The notes beneath the pieces were generated by a model that saw only the letters and a program-made list of their open reading frames with translations, was not told the origin of the DNA and ran no database searches. A DNA stretch of 62,006 nt, the filler included, from Coriobacteriales bacterium (GTDB lineage: Bacteria; Actinomycetota; Coriobacteriia; Coriobacteriales; UBA8131): assembly GCA_031263105.1 (NCBI GenBank). It is 5 parts of 5 records of this genome, joined end to end, with 100 filler letters (N's around TTAATTAATTAA, not from the genome) between each part and the next. Parts side by side here need not be neighbours in the genome. Positions count along the whole stretch, not along the records: positions 1 to 23,589 come from JAISGJ010000192.1; 4 more parts are not named here. The stretch is one strand, 5' to 3'. How positions within the stretch are numbered: position 1 is the first letter of the stretch; each line of letters starts with the position of its first letter. This document shows, piece after piece, positions 10,055 through 20,222 of this stretch. A program made the position numbers and the translations under genes.

Positions 10055-10489
10055 TCACAGGACCTGAAGGGTGACGCCGAGCGCTGCAAGCACGAGACAG
10101 AGCGGGGTGTATATCCGGGTGTCCCTGCGGGCAAAGGATGTGCCTTTGATCTTTTTGGTGAGGCCCGCATAACGAAACTCGCCGACCGCACGGACGAGCA
10201 GGACCGCCGCGACGCCCCATACGCCGACATAGGGCACCCAGTCTGGAACACCGGTGACCAGAATGCCGACGCGCATGAGGTAGATAAGCGCAGGCAGCGC
10301 AAACATGAGGGCAGCGGCAAAACAGGCAACGGCTCCGGGCTTAAAGAGCAGCGTGCCGTCAGGCTGCTGCGGCAAGAGGCTGTCGCCTCCCCATGTGAAG
10401 CCTAGGCCCCAGGCGACATGCAGAGCCGCCAAGGCAATGAAGGCCGCCGAAAGGAGCAGAGCGATCAGCATCGGTATCGTGAAGGACAT
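10055..10489 (-). CDS. DUF3995-like membrane protein
   Basis: LHVAWGLG, RAVGEFRYAG, FARRDTRIYTPLCL motifs; RBS GAGGAGG. Confidence 0.75.
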   Translation of the reverse strand: MSFTIPMLIALLLSAAFIALAALHVAWGLGFTWGGDSLLPQQPDGTLLFKPGAVACFAAALMFALPALIYLMRVGILVTGVPDWVPYVGVWGVAAVLLVRAVGEFRYAGLTKKIKGTSFARRDTRIYTPLCLVLAALGVTLQVL

Positions 10490-10619
10490 GTCCCCCTCCT
10501 CACAAGGAAAACTGAAAGGCTCTTTTTCTCTTCGATGCACATGATGCAGCCCGCCCCCAAGGCCCAGCCGGAATGTTCTTCATACTATCACAGCAGGGAG
10601 TCCTGCGTCATGTCTGCCG

Positions 10620-11714
10620 TCACTCCTTCCCGTAGTAGGCGTCTCTTCGGGCTGCCGCCTTGGCAACCTGCGCTGCGACGCCCTTGCTGGGAGGCTCGAA
10701 GAAGTCGAGTTCGGCCTTGCGGCCCGGCCCCAGAGGGCTGCGCCAGGTGCCGACCACCCTGCCGTTCACGAGTATCGTCGGGCGGAAGATGCCGTTTTTT
10801 GTGAAGACCTTGCCCGCATGGGCGGCAGGGACGGCTGCGCTGCGGTCGCGGTAGGCGATGATGTACTCGTCGAATGCCGGCAGCAGGTGCGCCTGCCGCG
10901 TCCCCGCCCTGCCGCCTGCGCCCTGTCCGCCTGCGGCCTTGTAAGAGGTGCGGCCTCCGGCACCGAAGCCCTCGAACTCGTCGCCAAGCGCCGAGAATCC
11001 CTTGGCGGCCTCCCCCGCCGACAGCCCGGACCACCAGGAAAAGTCCTGCACCGTAGCCGGGCCATGCCCTCGCAGGTAGACACGCGCAAGGCGGCAGACC
11101 GACTCGCCGAAAGGCAGGTCGTCCGTCCGGGGCGCGCGCTCGTCGAGCAGGGCGTAGGTGTGCGTGCTGCCGAGCGGGACGCCGCTTGCGATGAGCGCGT
11201 CCGTCTCCGCACGCATGAGAAAGAGGTAGAGGCGGTAGTCGCCCGTGCCGATGCCCTCGGCCTCGAGGAGGCCGGCTATCTGACGCCCCGTGAGGTGGTT
11301 CCCCCCTCCGAGCGCCTCGGCGACGAGCCCCTGCACCCTGACGTGGTCAGCCTCGTCGATGCCGCGCCTCTTGTCGGAGGCGCGCAGGGCGGACCGTATC
11401 CTCCCTGCGGAGACGGCGAGCATCCGGCGGATGTCCTCGCGGGCCACCAAGTGCCACGTGGGGCGCAGGACATGGGTGCGCAGGATCTCTCCCTTGGCCA
11501 GCGCCTCGGCGACCTGACGCTCGGTGCTGCCGGGCAGCCGGATGCCGACGGCCCACCTGGCCATGCCCGCGTCCTGCGCCTGCACCGCACCAAGGCGGGC
11601 CACGACCTCGGCAGGCGTCGCCGGGCAAGCCCCCGTCAGCCCGTGAGAGACCAGCCTTTGTGACCGGATGTCGGAGTGCGTGCGTGTGGGTTCGCCCGTC
11701 GCCGTCGTGAGCAT
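10620..11714 (-). CDS. AlkZ/YcaQ (HTH_42) family DNA glycosylase
   Basis: VQAQD, LRTHVLRPTWH, HGPATVQDFSWWSGL, LLPAFDEY, GRVVGTW; an in-frame ATG with a strong RBS also exists at 11909. Confidence 0.88.
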   Translation of the reverse strand: MLTTATGEPTRTHSDIRSQRLVSHGLTGACPATPAEVVARLGAVQAQDAGMARWAVGIRLPGSTERQVAEALAKGEILRTHVLRPTWHLVAREDIRRMLAVSAGRIRSALRASDKRRGIDEADHVRVQGLVAEALGGGNHLTGRQIAGLLEAEGIGTGDYRLYLFLMRAETDALIASGVPLGSTHTYALLDERAPRTDDLPFGESVCRLARVYLRGHGPATVQDFSWWSGLSAGEAAKGFSALGDEFEGFGAGGRTSYKAAGGQGAGGRAGTRQAHLLPAFDEYIIAYRDRSAAVPAAHAGKVFTKNGIFRPTILVNGRVVGTWRSPLGPGRKAELDFFEPPSKGVAAQVAKAAARRDAYYGKE

Positions 11715-11979
11715 ATTTTCTGTATGGGGCAATCTTTGTCCAGGATGCGGCGGAACCGCCGCCGCGTGACGTGATATTTGAGCCGTCCCTCCACAGCTCT
11801 TCAATTCCGTGAAGTCCTCGAGTGTCAGGGTGCCCGCTTTCGTCTTATCTACGGGTTTATGAACAGGGTCAGTCACAAGCGTTACTTGAGGAAGAAGGTG
11901 TTCGCTCATCTATTTCCCCTTTCCGTTTGCACCATATACGCACACATCTGCCAATCCCCAACGATAAAATGTATGGTCG

Positions 11980-13370
11980 TCACGCATCTTCTCCAGTTGT
12001 CCTGTTTAATACGTAATAGGCAAAGCGGTTGTCTCCCATTTTCACAAGCACCCCCTCTTCTGCCATCTGACGAAGTGTCGCCCTTGCCCATCTGTTACTA
12101 AGCCCTAAGTATTGGGCCATTTCAGGTGCGGTTGCCTTTTGATTCGCATCAAGATACGCGACGATGGCGCCTTTCCTGTCAGCAACTGCCGCTTGACTGC
12201 CGCTTGACTGCCGCTTGGCGCAGCCACTTGTGAATCCATAGCAGCTTCGCCATATATGTTCGGACGGTAGAAAATGACGGAAAAGCCGAGCTTGCCGAGT
12301 TCAAAGCCGTAGCGTACTCCCGCTCCCTCGCACTCTATCGCGATTTTGCGCAACCCTGTGCCAAAGCTCTCGATATCCTTGGAGTAATACATGATTTGTG
12401 CGAGCTGTGGGTTCCTGCGGATAGATTTGCCTACACCGTCAATGAAGTCCTGCGGCATGAGCCCCTCCGGGAAGGTGCCGGGGTTGTATATCTCGATGCG
12501 GTTGGAGTAGATGGCTATCTCGTTGGTCTGTGGCACCTGCCAGTCTTTGTGCGCGTAGCTGTTCAAAAGGGCTTCGCGCACAGCTTCAATAGGCACCTCG
12601 GGAACCTCCGTGCGTTGTGGTGCACCATCGCGCACCACACGCCAGCGGATGTTTTTCCGGATGTACAACTCCCCGGCATCCACCAAGTCGATGATGGCGC
12701 CTTTCTTTCGGTCGATGTCGATGAAGGTGTGCTTTACGTCCGTGGCGAAAATTGCCATCTGTATCTCGGCGATGCCCTTCTTGCCAAACATGGCGATGGC
12801 CGTGTTATTCGGATTGCCGTCGTCAAGAAGTTCCAATCTGTTCAAAATATCTTCGCGATCCGTGAACCTATACTCGAGACGACCACTATCGTTAGCCTTC
12901 TTCATATACGAACGCAACGTATTGGTGTTTACATCCTCGATCGTCTTTCCTGATGGCGCAGTATCCCATGTGGATAACTGCCCCTGCTTCCTTTTGAAGA
13001 ACCTCTCAAGCTCCGCTGGGGAAAGTTGCTTGCTCTCGTCGGCTACACGTATATAGGCACGTCCGTGGGCGAAATACGGCGGCTCCATACCTTCGAATTG
13101 AACGCGGATACAGTCCTTATAGTCAATGTTCACCTTCTCAACCGTCGGGTATATCTGAGGCTTGATGTTCTCCGTAAGTGCGCGACCGACATCTCGCAGC
13201 GATGACACCGAGACCGTCTGTCCTTTGACGGTACCGTCGTTCTTGATACCGAAGTAAAGTTCGCCGCGCCCATGCTTGTTCAGGATGGCGGCGACATCAA
13301 CAACCGCATCCTTCGCCTCCGCAGTTGTCTTTTTGAACTCAAGCGTTTCGGATTCTTGTCCGAATATCAT
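11980..13370 (-). CDS. Schlafen/AlbA_2 + HATPase_c_4 protein with a frameshifted C-terminal winged helix
   Basis: ESETLEFKK, GELYFGIKNDG, AVREALLNSYAHKDW, RNPQLA, IESFGTG. The ORF stops at 12105, but an HTH-like frame continues from 12183 to TGA at 11980. Confidence 0.85.
12185..12217. repeat. 11-bp tandem repeat x3 (ACTGCCGCTTG)
   Basis: Three exact copies at 12185, 12196 and 12207. Confidence 0.95.
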
Positions 13371-13708
13371 TCAAACTATCCTCCTCGAATAGTAGTGCCT
13401 CTTGTGCCGGTATTGTTCAAGTGTTTCCATCAGACGCAGATTTTCGTGTGTCCATTCCATTTGCCTCTCAATTGATACGTATGCCGACCCCTCTCCCTTG
13501 CAGCTCATTATCGCAGAAAAGCCGCGCGTCGCGCATCTCATCGCAGATGCGCTCGGCGCGCGCTCGGCACGCGCTCGGCGCAAACGAACGAAAGAGCGGC
13601 TTCGTCTCGATTTTCTTTACCGAGGCACATTCTGCCTGCCCTTCAGTGCACGCCGTGTTCTAATGTTCATGTGCTTGAACCGTTCGACTCAAAAGGAGCG
13701 CGAAGACC

Positions 13709-14068
13709 GTGGAGAACGCAACCCTCATAAAAAGCCAGTTTCATGCGTGCCGCCGCCTGCTTGTCGCGCTCGGAGACGAGACGCGTCAACTCATCATTGC
13801 CGTGCTTGCTGAGACCGAGTGCGAAGGCATGCGCGTCGGCGACATTGCCGAGCAGACGCACCTCTCTCGTCCCGCCGTCTCGCACCATCTTAAGATCCTG
13901 CTTGACGCCGAGGTGGTCGGATTGACGAAACAGGCGACCAAGCACTTTTACTACCTCGCCCTCGGGGGCGAGTGGCAGTCGCTTGTCGAGCTGCTGCACA
14001 ACATTCAGAGGCTCAAGGAGCGATGTCTTTGCCCGCATGAGGGGGCCGACAGAGCAGTGAGGCCTTAG
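13709..14068 (+). CDS. ArsR/SmtB family transcriptional regulator
   Basis: ALGDETRQLI, LSRPAVSHHLKIL; AGGAG RBS. Confidence 0.9.
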   Translation: MENATLIKSQFHACRRLLVALGDETRQLIIAVLAETECEGMRVGDIAEQTHLSRPAVSHHLKILLDAEVVGLTKQATKHFYYLALGGEWQSLVELLHNIQRLKERCLCPHEGADRAVRP

Positions 14069-14093
14069 CCAAAGAAGCAGGAGGAACCCGAAG

Positions 14094-14780
14094 ATGACAC
14101 TCTACGAGACGATATTCGCCCGGCGCAGCGTGCGCCAGTACGACGAGGCGCTGCCTGATGCTGCGGCGCTTCCTGAGATTCAAGGGTACCTCGACAACGT
14201 AGGGCAGCTGCCGGGGCAGTCTGCGAGATTCGAGATCGTAGGCAGAGACAGGCTCAAGGGCGGCTTTGCGCCCTATGCGATTCTGGCGTATGCCGCAGAA
14301 AGCGAGGCGGCCTGCGTGAACATCGGCTACACGCTTCAGGGCATCGACCTGTGGCTCCAAAGCCAGGGCCTTGGGAGCGTGTGGTGCGGCATGGCGACAC
14401 CGCTCGAGAAGAGCCCCGAGTATCGCATCCTGCTCGGCTTCGGGCAGACGAGCGTGCCGCCCCGCAAGGGCGAGGACGACTTCAAGCGGAAAGACGTCTC
14501 AGAGATCAGCAATGAGGACAACGCGGTTGCCCGTGCGGCGAGGCTCGCGCCGTCGGCTGTGAATCTTCAGCCTTGGCTCCTGACCTTCTCGGACAGGCAG
14601 GTCGAGGCGAAGGTGAACGTGCGCGGCATCGGCAGGGTGCTTCCGGGCAGGCTGTGGCTGTTCGACATGGGCATCGTCCTCAAGCATATCGAGCTGACGC
14701 TCACACACGAAGGCAAGGTCGTGAAAGAGCTTGCAATCAACGGAAGCGGCAAAAGCCTGTCGGTTTCAGCACGCTATTGA
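14094..14780 (+). CDS. Nitroreductase family protein
   Basis: IFARRSVRQY, GLGSVWCG, LAPSAVNLQPW. Confidence 0.9.
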   Translation: MTLYETIFARRSVRQYDEALPDAAALPEIQGYLDNVGQLPGQSARFEIVGRDRLKGGFAPYAILAYAAESEAACVNIGYTLQGIDLWLQSQGLGSVWCGMATPLEKSPEYRILLGFGQTSVPPRKGEDDFKRKDVSEISNEDNAVARAARLAPSAVNLQPWLLTFSDRQVEAKVNVRGIGRVLPGRLWLFDMGIVLKHIELTLTHEGKVVKELAINGSGKSLSVSARY

Positions 14781-14861
14781 AGATAACAGAATCGACGAGT
14801 GGCTGATTTGTGCCGTGATGAACCATGCAGGTGGAATACTTGTAGAACTCAAGTAGGTCAT

Positions 14862-15299
14862 CTATCCCTCACAGAGCTTCATCTCTTTTTCCGTTTGCGC
14901 CATGAAGTCCGCTGGAGATACGGCAGGTACGGGCGACTGGCTGAAATCGCGCTCATTGCGGGTGATAATATATTCCGCTTTTTCGCGTCGCGCCGTTGCC
15001 GCAAGTATGGAGTCCTCAAAATCGACGACACCGAGCGTAAGCGCCGTAGTGACATCGGATGCAGTCGTGTCGCAGGCGTGAATAAGCTGGAGGAGCGCAG
15101 CGATTGCGTCTCGTGCTGCCACGGGGCTTTTTCCGCCCTTGCGGATGATGTAATATGCGTCGGCGATGCTTCCCGCAGAGGTGAACGCATCCAGCTTGCC
15201 TTCTGCTGCAAGTTTGACGACAGCGTATGAGGAGTCAAAGAATGCCTCGCGTCGCTCAAGCACGTCAACGATAACGTTCGTATCTATGAGGACCCTCAT
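14862..15299 (-). CDS. PIN-domain toxin (VapC-like)
   Basis: VLIDTNV, DFEDS, IITRNERDF. Confidence 0.9.
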   Translation of the reverse strand: MRVLIDTNVIVDVLERREAFFDSSYAVVKLAAEGKLDAFTSAGSIADAYYIIRKGGKSPVAARDAIAALLQLIHACDTTASDVTTALTLGVVDFEDSILAATARREKAEYIITRNERDFSQSPVPAVSPADFMAQTEKEMKLCEG

Positions 15300-15514
15300 T
15301 TGTCGGCCAGCCGTTCGGCCCGTGCTTCCTCGGCTGACAGATTAACGCCATCGGCAATCCCGACGAGACTGTCAAGCAAGGCAACCTTGTCTCTTGCAGG
15401 ATTTGATATTTTGGCGATGATTTTGCCTTTACGGCTGACAAAGATGTCCTCATCGCTGGCGGTATCGAGGTACCGGCCAATGTTTGTTTTTAATTCGGTT
15501 GCCGTTATAAGCAC
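15296..15514 (-). CDS. Phd/YefM family antitoxin
   Basis: ITATELKTNIGRYLD...IFVSRKGKIIAKI; overlaps the PIN gene start. Confidence 0.88.
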   Translation of the reverse strand: MLITATELKTNIGRYLDTASDEDIFVSRKGKIIAKISNPARDKVALLDSLVGIADGVNLSAEEARAERLADK

Positions 15515-15611
15515 AGTGAGCCCTCCTCTATCCGAACAAAAATATCATACTATAACCGCACGGTTTATACAACATCTAATAGCATAGTTTGAATCGGAAA
15601 ACAGGGCAAGG

Positions 15612-15836
15612 GTTACACGTCACCCCCTACTGTCATTCCGAGCGCAGCGAAGCGAAGCCGAGGAATCTTTGGGTTCGAGCGCCCGGAAAACGCACCGCGT
15701 TTTCAGCAAGAACGAGCCGACAGGCCCACGGAACACCTCAGCGCCCAACAGGCCAATCGACTGCCTTGCAGCCAAAGATTCCTCACGCTCGGGCTTTGCC
15801 CTCGGTTCGGAATGACAGTAGGGTGTGACGAGTAAC
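15612..15836. mobile_element. GTTAC-family element, degenerate 8-bp TSD
   Basis: GTTAC...GTAAC ends; flanks GGGCAAGG / GGGTAAAG (6 of 8 match). Confidence 0.8.
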
Positions 15837-15893
15837 GGGTAAAGGCCACAGACGTCATTATTCTACAGCCTTGACTTTCATAGTTCCCGCCCT

Positions 15894-17102
15894 CTATTCG
15901 CTTGCTTTGAAATTGTAGACAGAGGTGACCCTTGAGGTGATATCGACGGTTGGGGCTATATGGCTTACGATAGACTCCATGCCCTTGTAGGCCATGGGGG
16001 ATTCGTCGATGGTTCCCTCTGTGACACTTGTGGTGAAGACGCCCTTCATCTGCTCACGGTACTTCTCCATCGACAGAGTGCCGAAAGCCGCCTTGCGGCT
16101 CATGATGCGACCGGCACCGTGCGGCGCGGAGCAGTTCCAGTCGTCGTTGCCCTTTCCGACGCAGATCAAACTGCCGTCGCGCATGTTGATAGGTATCAAA
16201 AGCCGCTCTCCGGCCTTTGCGGAAACCGCGCCCTTGCGGAGTATCATAGAGTCGGTATCGATGTAGTTGTGGGTTGTGGTGAATTCGTCAACCCGTGTAA
16301 GCCCCATCTCACGCAGGATGACCTCGGTCATTGCTTGGCGATTCAAGGCAGCAAAACTCTGGATGATTTTCATGTCGTGGACATAGTCATCGAACAGGCT
16401 GCCGGAAACGTAAGCCAGATCCTTGGGTATCGTCACCCCGTACACACCTTCGCTCTTTAGCCGCTTTACGGTAGATTGAATCTCACGTTCCCGCCCCTCC
16501 GCCTTTAGCTGTGCGATGACTTTGTCAAGTTGCGCTTTGGAGTTGCCGCTCAGTTGTTTGTATGCCTCATCTTGATAGTACTCCGCCACCTCCAAACCGA
16601 CGTGACGACTGCCGGAATGAACCACGACAAACAGAATTCCGTTGTCCGCGCGGTCGACTTCGATGAAGTGGTTGCCGCCACCAAGCGTACCGATGCTATG
16701 GCGCGCACGATCCAGATGAACGCTTTTTGCGCAACGAAGCGCGGAAAGGTCGATCTTGTCATTCAGGACGTGGTAGTCCTCCCGAATCTCACGGCCCGCC
16801 GGAATGCTTGAACGGATAACAGCGTCAAGTTGCTCATAGTCGATATCGCGCTCGGCAATTTCGACCGTCTCCATGCCGCAGCCAATATCGACACCGACCA
16901 TACCGGGAACAACCTTGTCTTTGATGGTCATCGTCGTGCCGATGGTGCAGCCTTTCCCTGCATGGACATCCGGCATGATGCGTATTGTGCTGTCAGCGAA
17001 CTCAGGCTGCTCGCAAACAATGCGAATCTGCTCTGCGGCTGTATCCTCCAATTCGTCGCAGTAGCACAGGGCGGAGTTGAACGCGCCTTTGACCTCCATC
17101 AT
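15894..17102 (-). CDS. rtcB: RtcB family RNA ligase
   Basis: MPDVHAG, VGVDIGCGM, GTLGGGNHFIE, HSGSR, HNY, RKGA, SAPHGAGR, DESPMAYK. Confidence 0.95.
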   Translation of the reverse strand: MMEVKGAFNSALCYCDELEDTAAEQIRIVCEQPEFADSTIRIMPDVHAGKGCTIGTTMTIKDKVVPGMVGVDIGCGMETVEIAERDIDYEQLDAVIRSSIPAGREIREDYHVLNDKIDLSALRCAKSVHLDRARHSIGTLGGGNHFIEVDRADNGILFVVVHSGSRHVGLEVAEYYQDEAYKQLSGNSKAQLDKVIAQLKAEGREREIQSTVKRLKSEGVYGVTIPKDLAYVSGSLFDDYVHDMKIIQSFAALNRQAMTEVILREMGLTRVDEFTTTHNYIDTDSMILRKGAVSAKAGERLLIPINMRDGSLICVGKGNDDWNCSAPHGAGRIMSRKAAFGTLSMEKYREQMKGVFTTSVTEGTIDESPMAYKGMESIVSHIAPTVDITSRVTSVYNFKASE

Positions 17103-17206
17103 TGCCAGCCAACCTCTCATTGTCTTTCAGTGCCGCCGGTTATCTGTTCTCTTTTTGTGCAACCTGCGTTACACCCAATGACTCTCGGATCGCTTGGGCC
17201 TGGGCC

Positions 17207-17539
17207 TCATCCGTGCTCCACCCGCCATTTCACCATATCCGCAACAAGCGACAGGTCGATAGGTCTCCCAATCGGAAACTGCACTGCGCCTTTACTGGTT
17301 CTATACGCAGCAAGCTTATCCGCAAAGACGCCTACCGGCTCTCCTCCGGGATAGAACCCGATGTGCTTTTTGAATACGCCGAAGCCACACAGGAAGGTCT
17401 TGCCGAGATAGAAGCAGGGCATCCCGTAAGAGCGTCGCTCCGTGACGGCGGGCACGGCAGCGCGGATCACTTCGGCGAGCTCCTGCAAGCAGGGTCGGAC
17501 TTCCGCAGCTTGGGATGCGATGTACTCCTCGGTAGTCAT
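17207..17539 (-). CDS. DUF1801/YdhG-like protein
   Basis: SYGMPCF, KKHIGFYP, TSKGAVQFP. Confidence 0.85.
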   Translation of the reverse strand: MTTEEYIASQAAEVRPCLQELAEVIRAAVPAVTERRSYGMPCFYLGKTFLCGFGVFKKHIGFYPGGEPVGVFADKLAAYRTSKGAVQFPIGRPIDLSLVADMVKWRVEHG

Positions 17540-17614
17540 AGCGCCAGCTTAACAGCCCGCCTTCGTCCTGTCCACGGTGCCGCTCGCCGCGACGAAGCGC
17601 AGGGGCGCAAGCAG

Positions 17615-17802
17615 GGTGCTGCTCACACCCCCACTGTCATCCCGAGCCTGCCGAGGGATCCTCGGCTGCGAAGCAGCCGACCACGAGCAGAGGGGCCTCG
17701 CGGCTGCGGTTGGTCGCTCACGCTTCGCGACCAAGGATTCCTCGGCGGAGTTTATCCTGAGCGCAGAGAAGGACCTTCGCTGCGCTCGGAATGACAGTGG
17801 AG
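17615..17802. repeat. GTTAC-family palindromic element
   Basis: TCACACCCCCACTGTCATCCCGAGC...GCTCGGAATGACAGTGG. Confidence 0.85.
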
Positions 17803-17961
17803 TCTGCAATTGTAGACTTATTTTACAGCTCTTACGTTCATACTATCGGGGCATCGCAGCATCGCATATCGTAGACACGGAACTGTCCCCTACTTACACT
17901 AACACAAGCGGGCCTGCAGGGCATACGTGCAGGTTGGTTGGTGTCTCAGATGGGGCTACAG

Positions 17962-18122
17962 GTTACTGGTCACACTGTCATTCCGAGCCGAGGGCGAAGC
18001 CCGAGCGTGAGGAATCTTTGGCTGCGAAGCAGACAACAAGCCCGGTTGGGCGCTGATGCGCCCAAAGATTCCTCGGCTTCGCTTTGCTACGCTCGGAATG
18101 ACAGTGGGGTCTGACCAGTAAC
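17962..18122. mobile_element. GTTAC-family MITE-like element, 8-bp TSD GGCTACAG
   Basis: GTTACTGGTCA...TGACCAGTAAC; GGCTACAG at 17954-17961 and 18123-18130. Confidence 0.9.
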
Positions 18123-18124
18123 GG

Positions 18125-18142
18125 CTACAGAGAAACTACAGA
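18125..18142 (+). promoter_or_regulatory. VanRB-type binding site (2 heptads)
   Basis: CTACAGA-GAAA-CTACAGA upstream of vanR. Confidence 0.8.
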
Positions 18143-18176
18143 TTGCCCCTGTATGGTTTCACCCGGAGGAATGAGT

Positions 18177-18845
18177 ATGGATATAAGAATTCTGCTTGTT
18201 GAGGACGATGAGCATATCTGCAATGCGGTGAGGGCCTTTCTATTGGAGGCAGGTTATCAGGTGGACGCCTGCCTGGACGGCGACGAGGCGCACATCAAGT
18301 TTTATGAAAACACCTATCAGCTTGTCATCCTTGACATCCTGCTGCCCAAAATGAGCGGTTACGAACTCCTGAAAGAGTTTCGCACATCAAGCGATGCTCC
18401 CGTTCTGATGATGACCGCGCTCGCCGACGACGCGAACCAAATCAGGGCGTTTGACGCGGAGGCAGACGATTACGTCACCAAGCCATTCAAAATGCGGATT
18501 CTGCTCAAACGCGTGGAGGCCTTGCTCCGTCGAAGCGGAGCCTTGGCGAAAGAAGTCCGCTGCGGCAGGCTGACGGTTCTTCCTGAGGATTTCAGGGCGT
18601 TTTTTGACGACTCGGAGCTGCTGCTGACACTCAAGGAATTCGAGATACTCACCCTTTTGACTCAAAACGCCAACATGACGTTGACCCACGAAACCATTCT
18701 TTATCGCGTATGGGGCTATGACTATGACGGTGACGGAAGAGGCAGCGTGCACACCCACATAAAGAATCTGCGGGCAAAGCTGCCCGTAAATATCATAAGA
18801 ACGGTGCGCGGCGTGGGCTACCGATTGGAGGCTTGCGAGGCATGA
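18177..18845 (+). CDS. vanR: OmpR-family response regulator, VanR-B-like
   Basis: IRILLVEDD.HICN.VRAFL, KFYENTYQLVILDI, NQIRAFDAEADDYVTKPFKM match VanRB as I recall it; GGAGGA RBS. Confidence 0.85.
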   Translation: MDIRILLVEDDEHICNAVRAFLLEAGYQVDACLDGDEAHIKFYENTYQLVILDILLPKMSGYELLKEFRTSSDAPVLMMTALADDANQIRAFDAEADDYVTKPFKMRILLKRVEALLRRSGALAKEVRCGRLTVLPEDFRAFFDDSELLLTLKEFEILTLLTQNANMTLTHETILYRVWGYDYDGDGRGSVHTHIKNLRAKLPVNIIRTVRGVGYRLEACEA

Positions 18846-20209
18846 ACCGAAACGGGCTGTTCTTCAAGACGTTCCTCTACACGGCGGTTTTCGCGATTCT
18901 GCTTGTCAGCGTGACAGCGTTCCTGTTCTCCGCGCAAATCGTATCCTATTACAGAATGCAGAACACCGACCACGTCACCCGAAGCTATCAGCGTATCGTG
19001 ACAGGCGCACAAGACGGCGTTGGCCTCATTGAGTCTGCAAAGCGTTTCTATGAGAAGAACCAGTCCCTTCCGTTCATCATACTGGACAAGGACGGCACTG
19101 CCGTGTACGCCACACCCGGCTTCGACTGGCCTGGAATCAATGATGACCCTCCGCCGAATATCAGCCCCGATACGGACACCAGCAGTTTGGTGCCGGGCGA
19201 TGGCGTTACTGCCCTTCCGCTTACAGTATATTCCGATAACGAATATGAAATCATTGTGCCGGGAGGGGACTTTGCTGACTACTATGACGGCCTGACCCTG
19301 CGGGTGGTTGTTGCAGTGCTTGCGATTCTTGGCACCGCCCTGCTGTGCGCGTTCGTTTTCGCACGGCAGATAACGAAGCCCATCAAAACGCTTGCAGACG
19401 TGACGGGCAAAATGGCCAATCTCGAAGAGGTGTCGCTGCCGCCCAAACGGGCAGACGAACTGGGGGGCTTAACCGAGGACGTCCATTCGCTCTACGTCAA
19501 GCTGAAAGACGAAATTCTGCGGACACGAGAGTTGGAGGAAGCGCAACGGCATTTCTTTTTGGCGGCGTCCCACGAGCTGAAAACACCTGTCGCTGCCACA
19601 ACCGCGCTGCTGGAGGGGATGCTCGAAAACGTGGGTGAGTACAAAGACCATCCCCTGTACCTGCGCGAGTGTCTGAAACTGATGGACGCGCAGAGCGATC
19701 TGGTTTCCGAGATACTGGAGATTGTGGCATTGCGTGACGGGGAGATCGTACCTGTCCCCGAAAAGCTGGACATCGCACATACGGTAGGCGATGTGCTGTC
19801 TGACATCCAAGCATTGGCCGATGCAAACGGGCGGCGGCTTGTTGTGAAGATCCCTGATGGGCACGTCTGCCTTGCCGATGCCAACATGCTTAAGAAAGCC
19901 CTTTCCAACGTCATAGTGAACGCGGTGCAGAACACCGCATCAGGGAGCGAGATTCGGATAGGGAGCGAAGCGTCGGAAAGCCACTGTCGTCTCTGCATCC
20001 TGAATACCGGGGCAAGGATCGACGAGGCGGTCTTGCCGATGCTGTTTGACCCGTTCTATCGCGTCGATAAGGCGCGAAGCAGAAAAAGCGGGGGCAGCGG
20101 CCTGGGGCTGACAATCGTAAAAAGGACACTGGATGCCATGGGCTTTGACTTCGCCTTGGAAAACGCCCCAGACGGCGTTCTGTTTTGGGTGGACGTGCCC
20201 AAAGGATGA
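18842..20209 (+). CDS. vanS: Sensor histidine kinase, VanS-B-like
   Basis: Two TMs, HAMP, ASHELKTP.AAT..LLEGMLEN.G.YKDH..YLREC, ARSRKSG.SGLGL; ATGA overlap with vanR. Confidence 0.85.
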   Translation: MNRNGLFFKTFLYTAVFAILLVSVTAFLFSAQIVSYYRMQNTDHVTRSYQRIVTGAQDGVGLIESAKRFYEKNQSLPFIILDKDGTAVYATPGFDWPGINDDPPPNISPDTDTSSLVPGDGVTALPLTVYSDNEYEIIVPGGDFADYYDGLTLRVVVAVLAILGTALLCAFVFARQITKPIKTLADVTGKMANLEEVSLPPKRADELGGLTEDVHSLYVKLKDEILRTRELEEAQRHFFLAASHELKTPVAATTALLEGMLENVGEYKDHPLYLRECLKLMDAQSDLVSEILEIVALRDGEIVPVPEKLDIAHTVGDVLSDIQALADANGRRLVVKIPDGHVCLADANMLKKALSNVIVNAVQNTASGSEIRIGSEASESHCRLCILNTGARIDEAVLPMLFDPFYRVDKARSRKSGGSGLGLTIVKRTLDAMGFDFALENAPDGVLFWVDVPKG

Positions 20210-20222
20210 GGGAGGCACGGCC

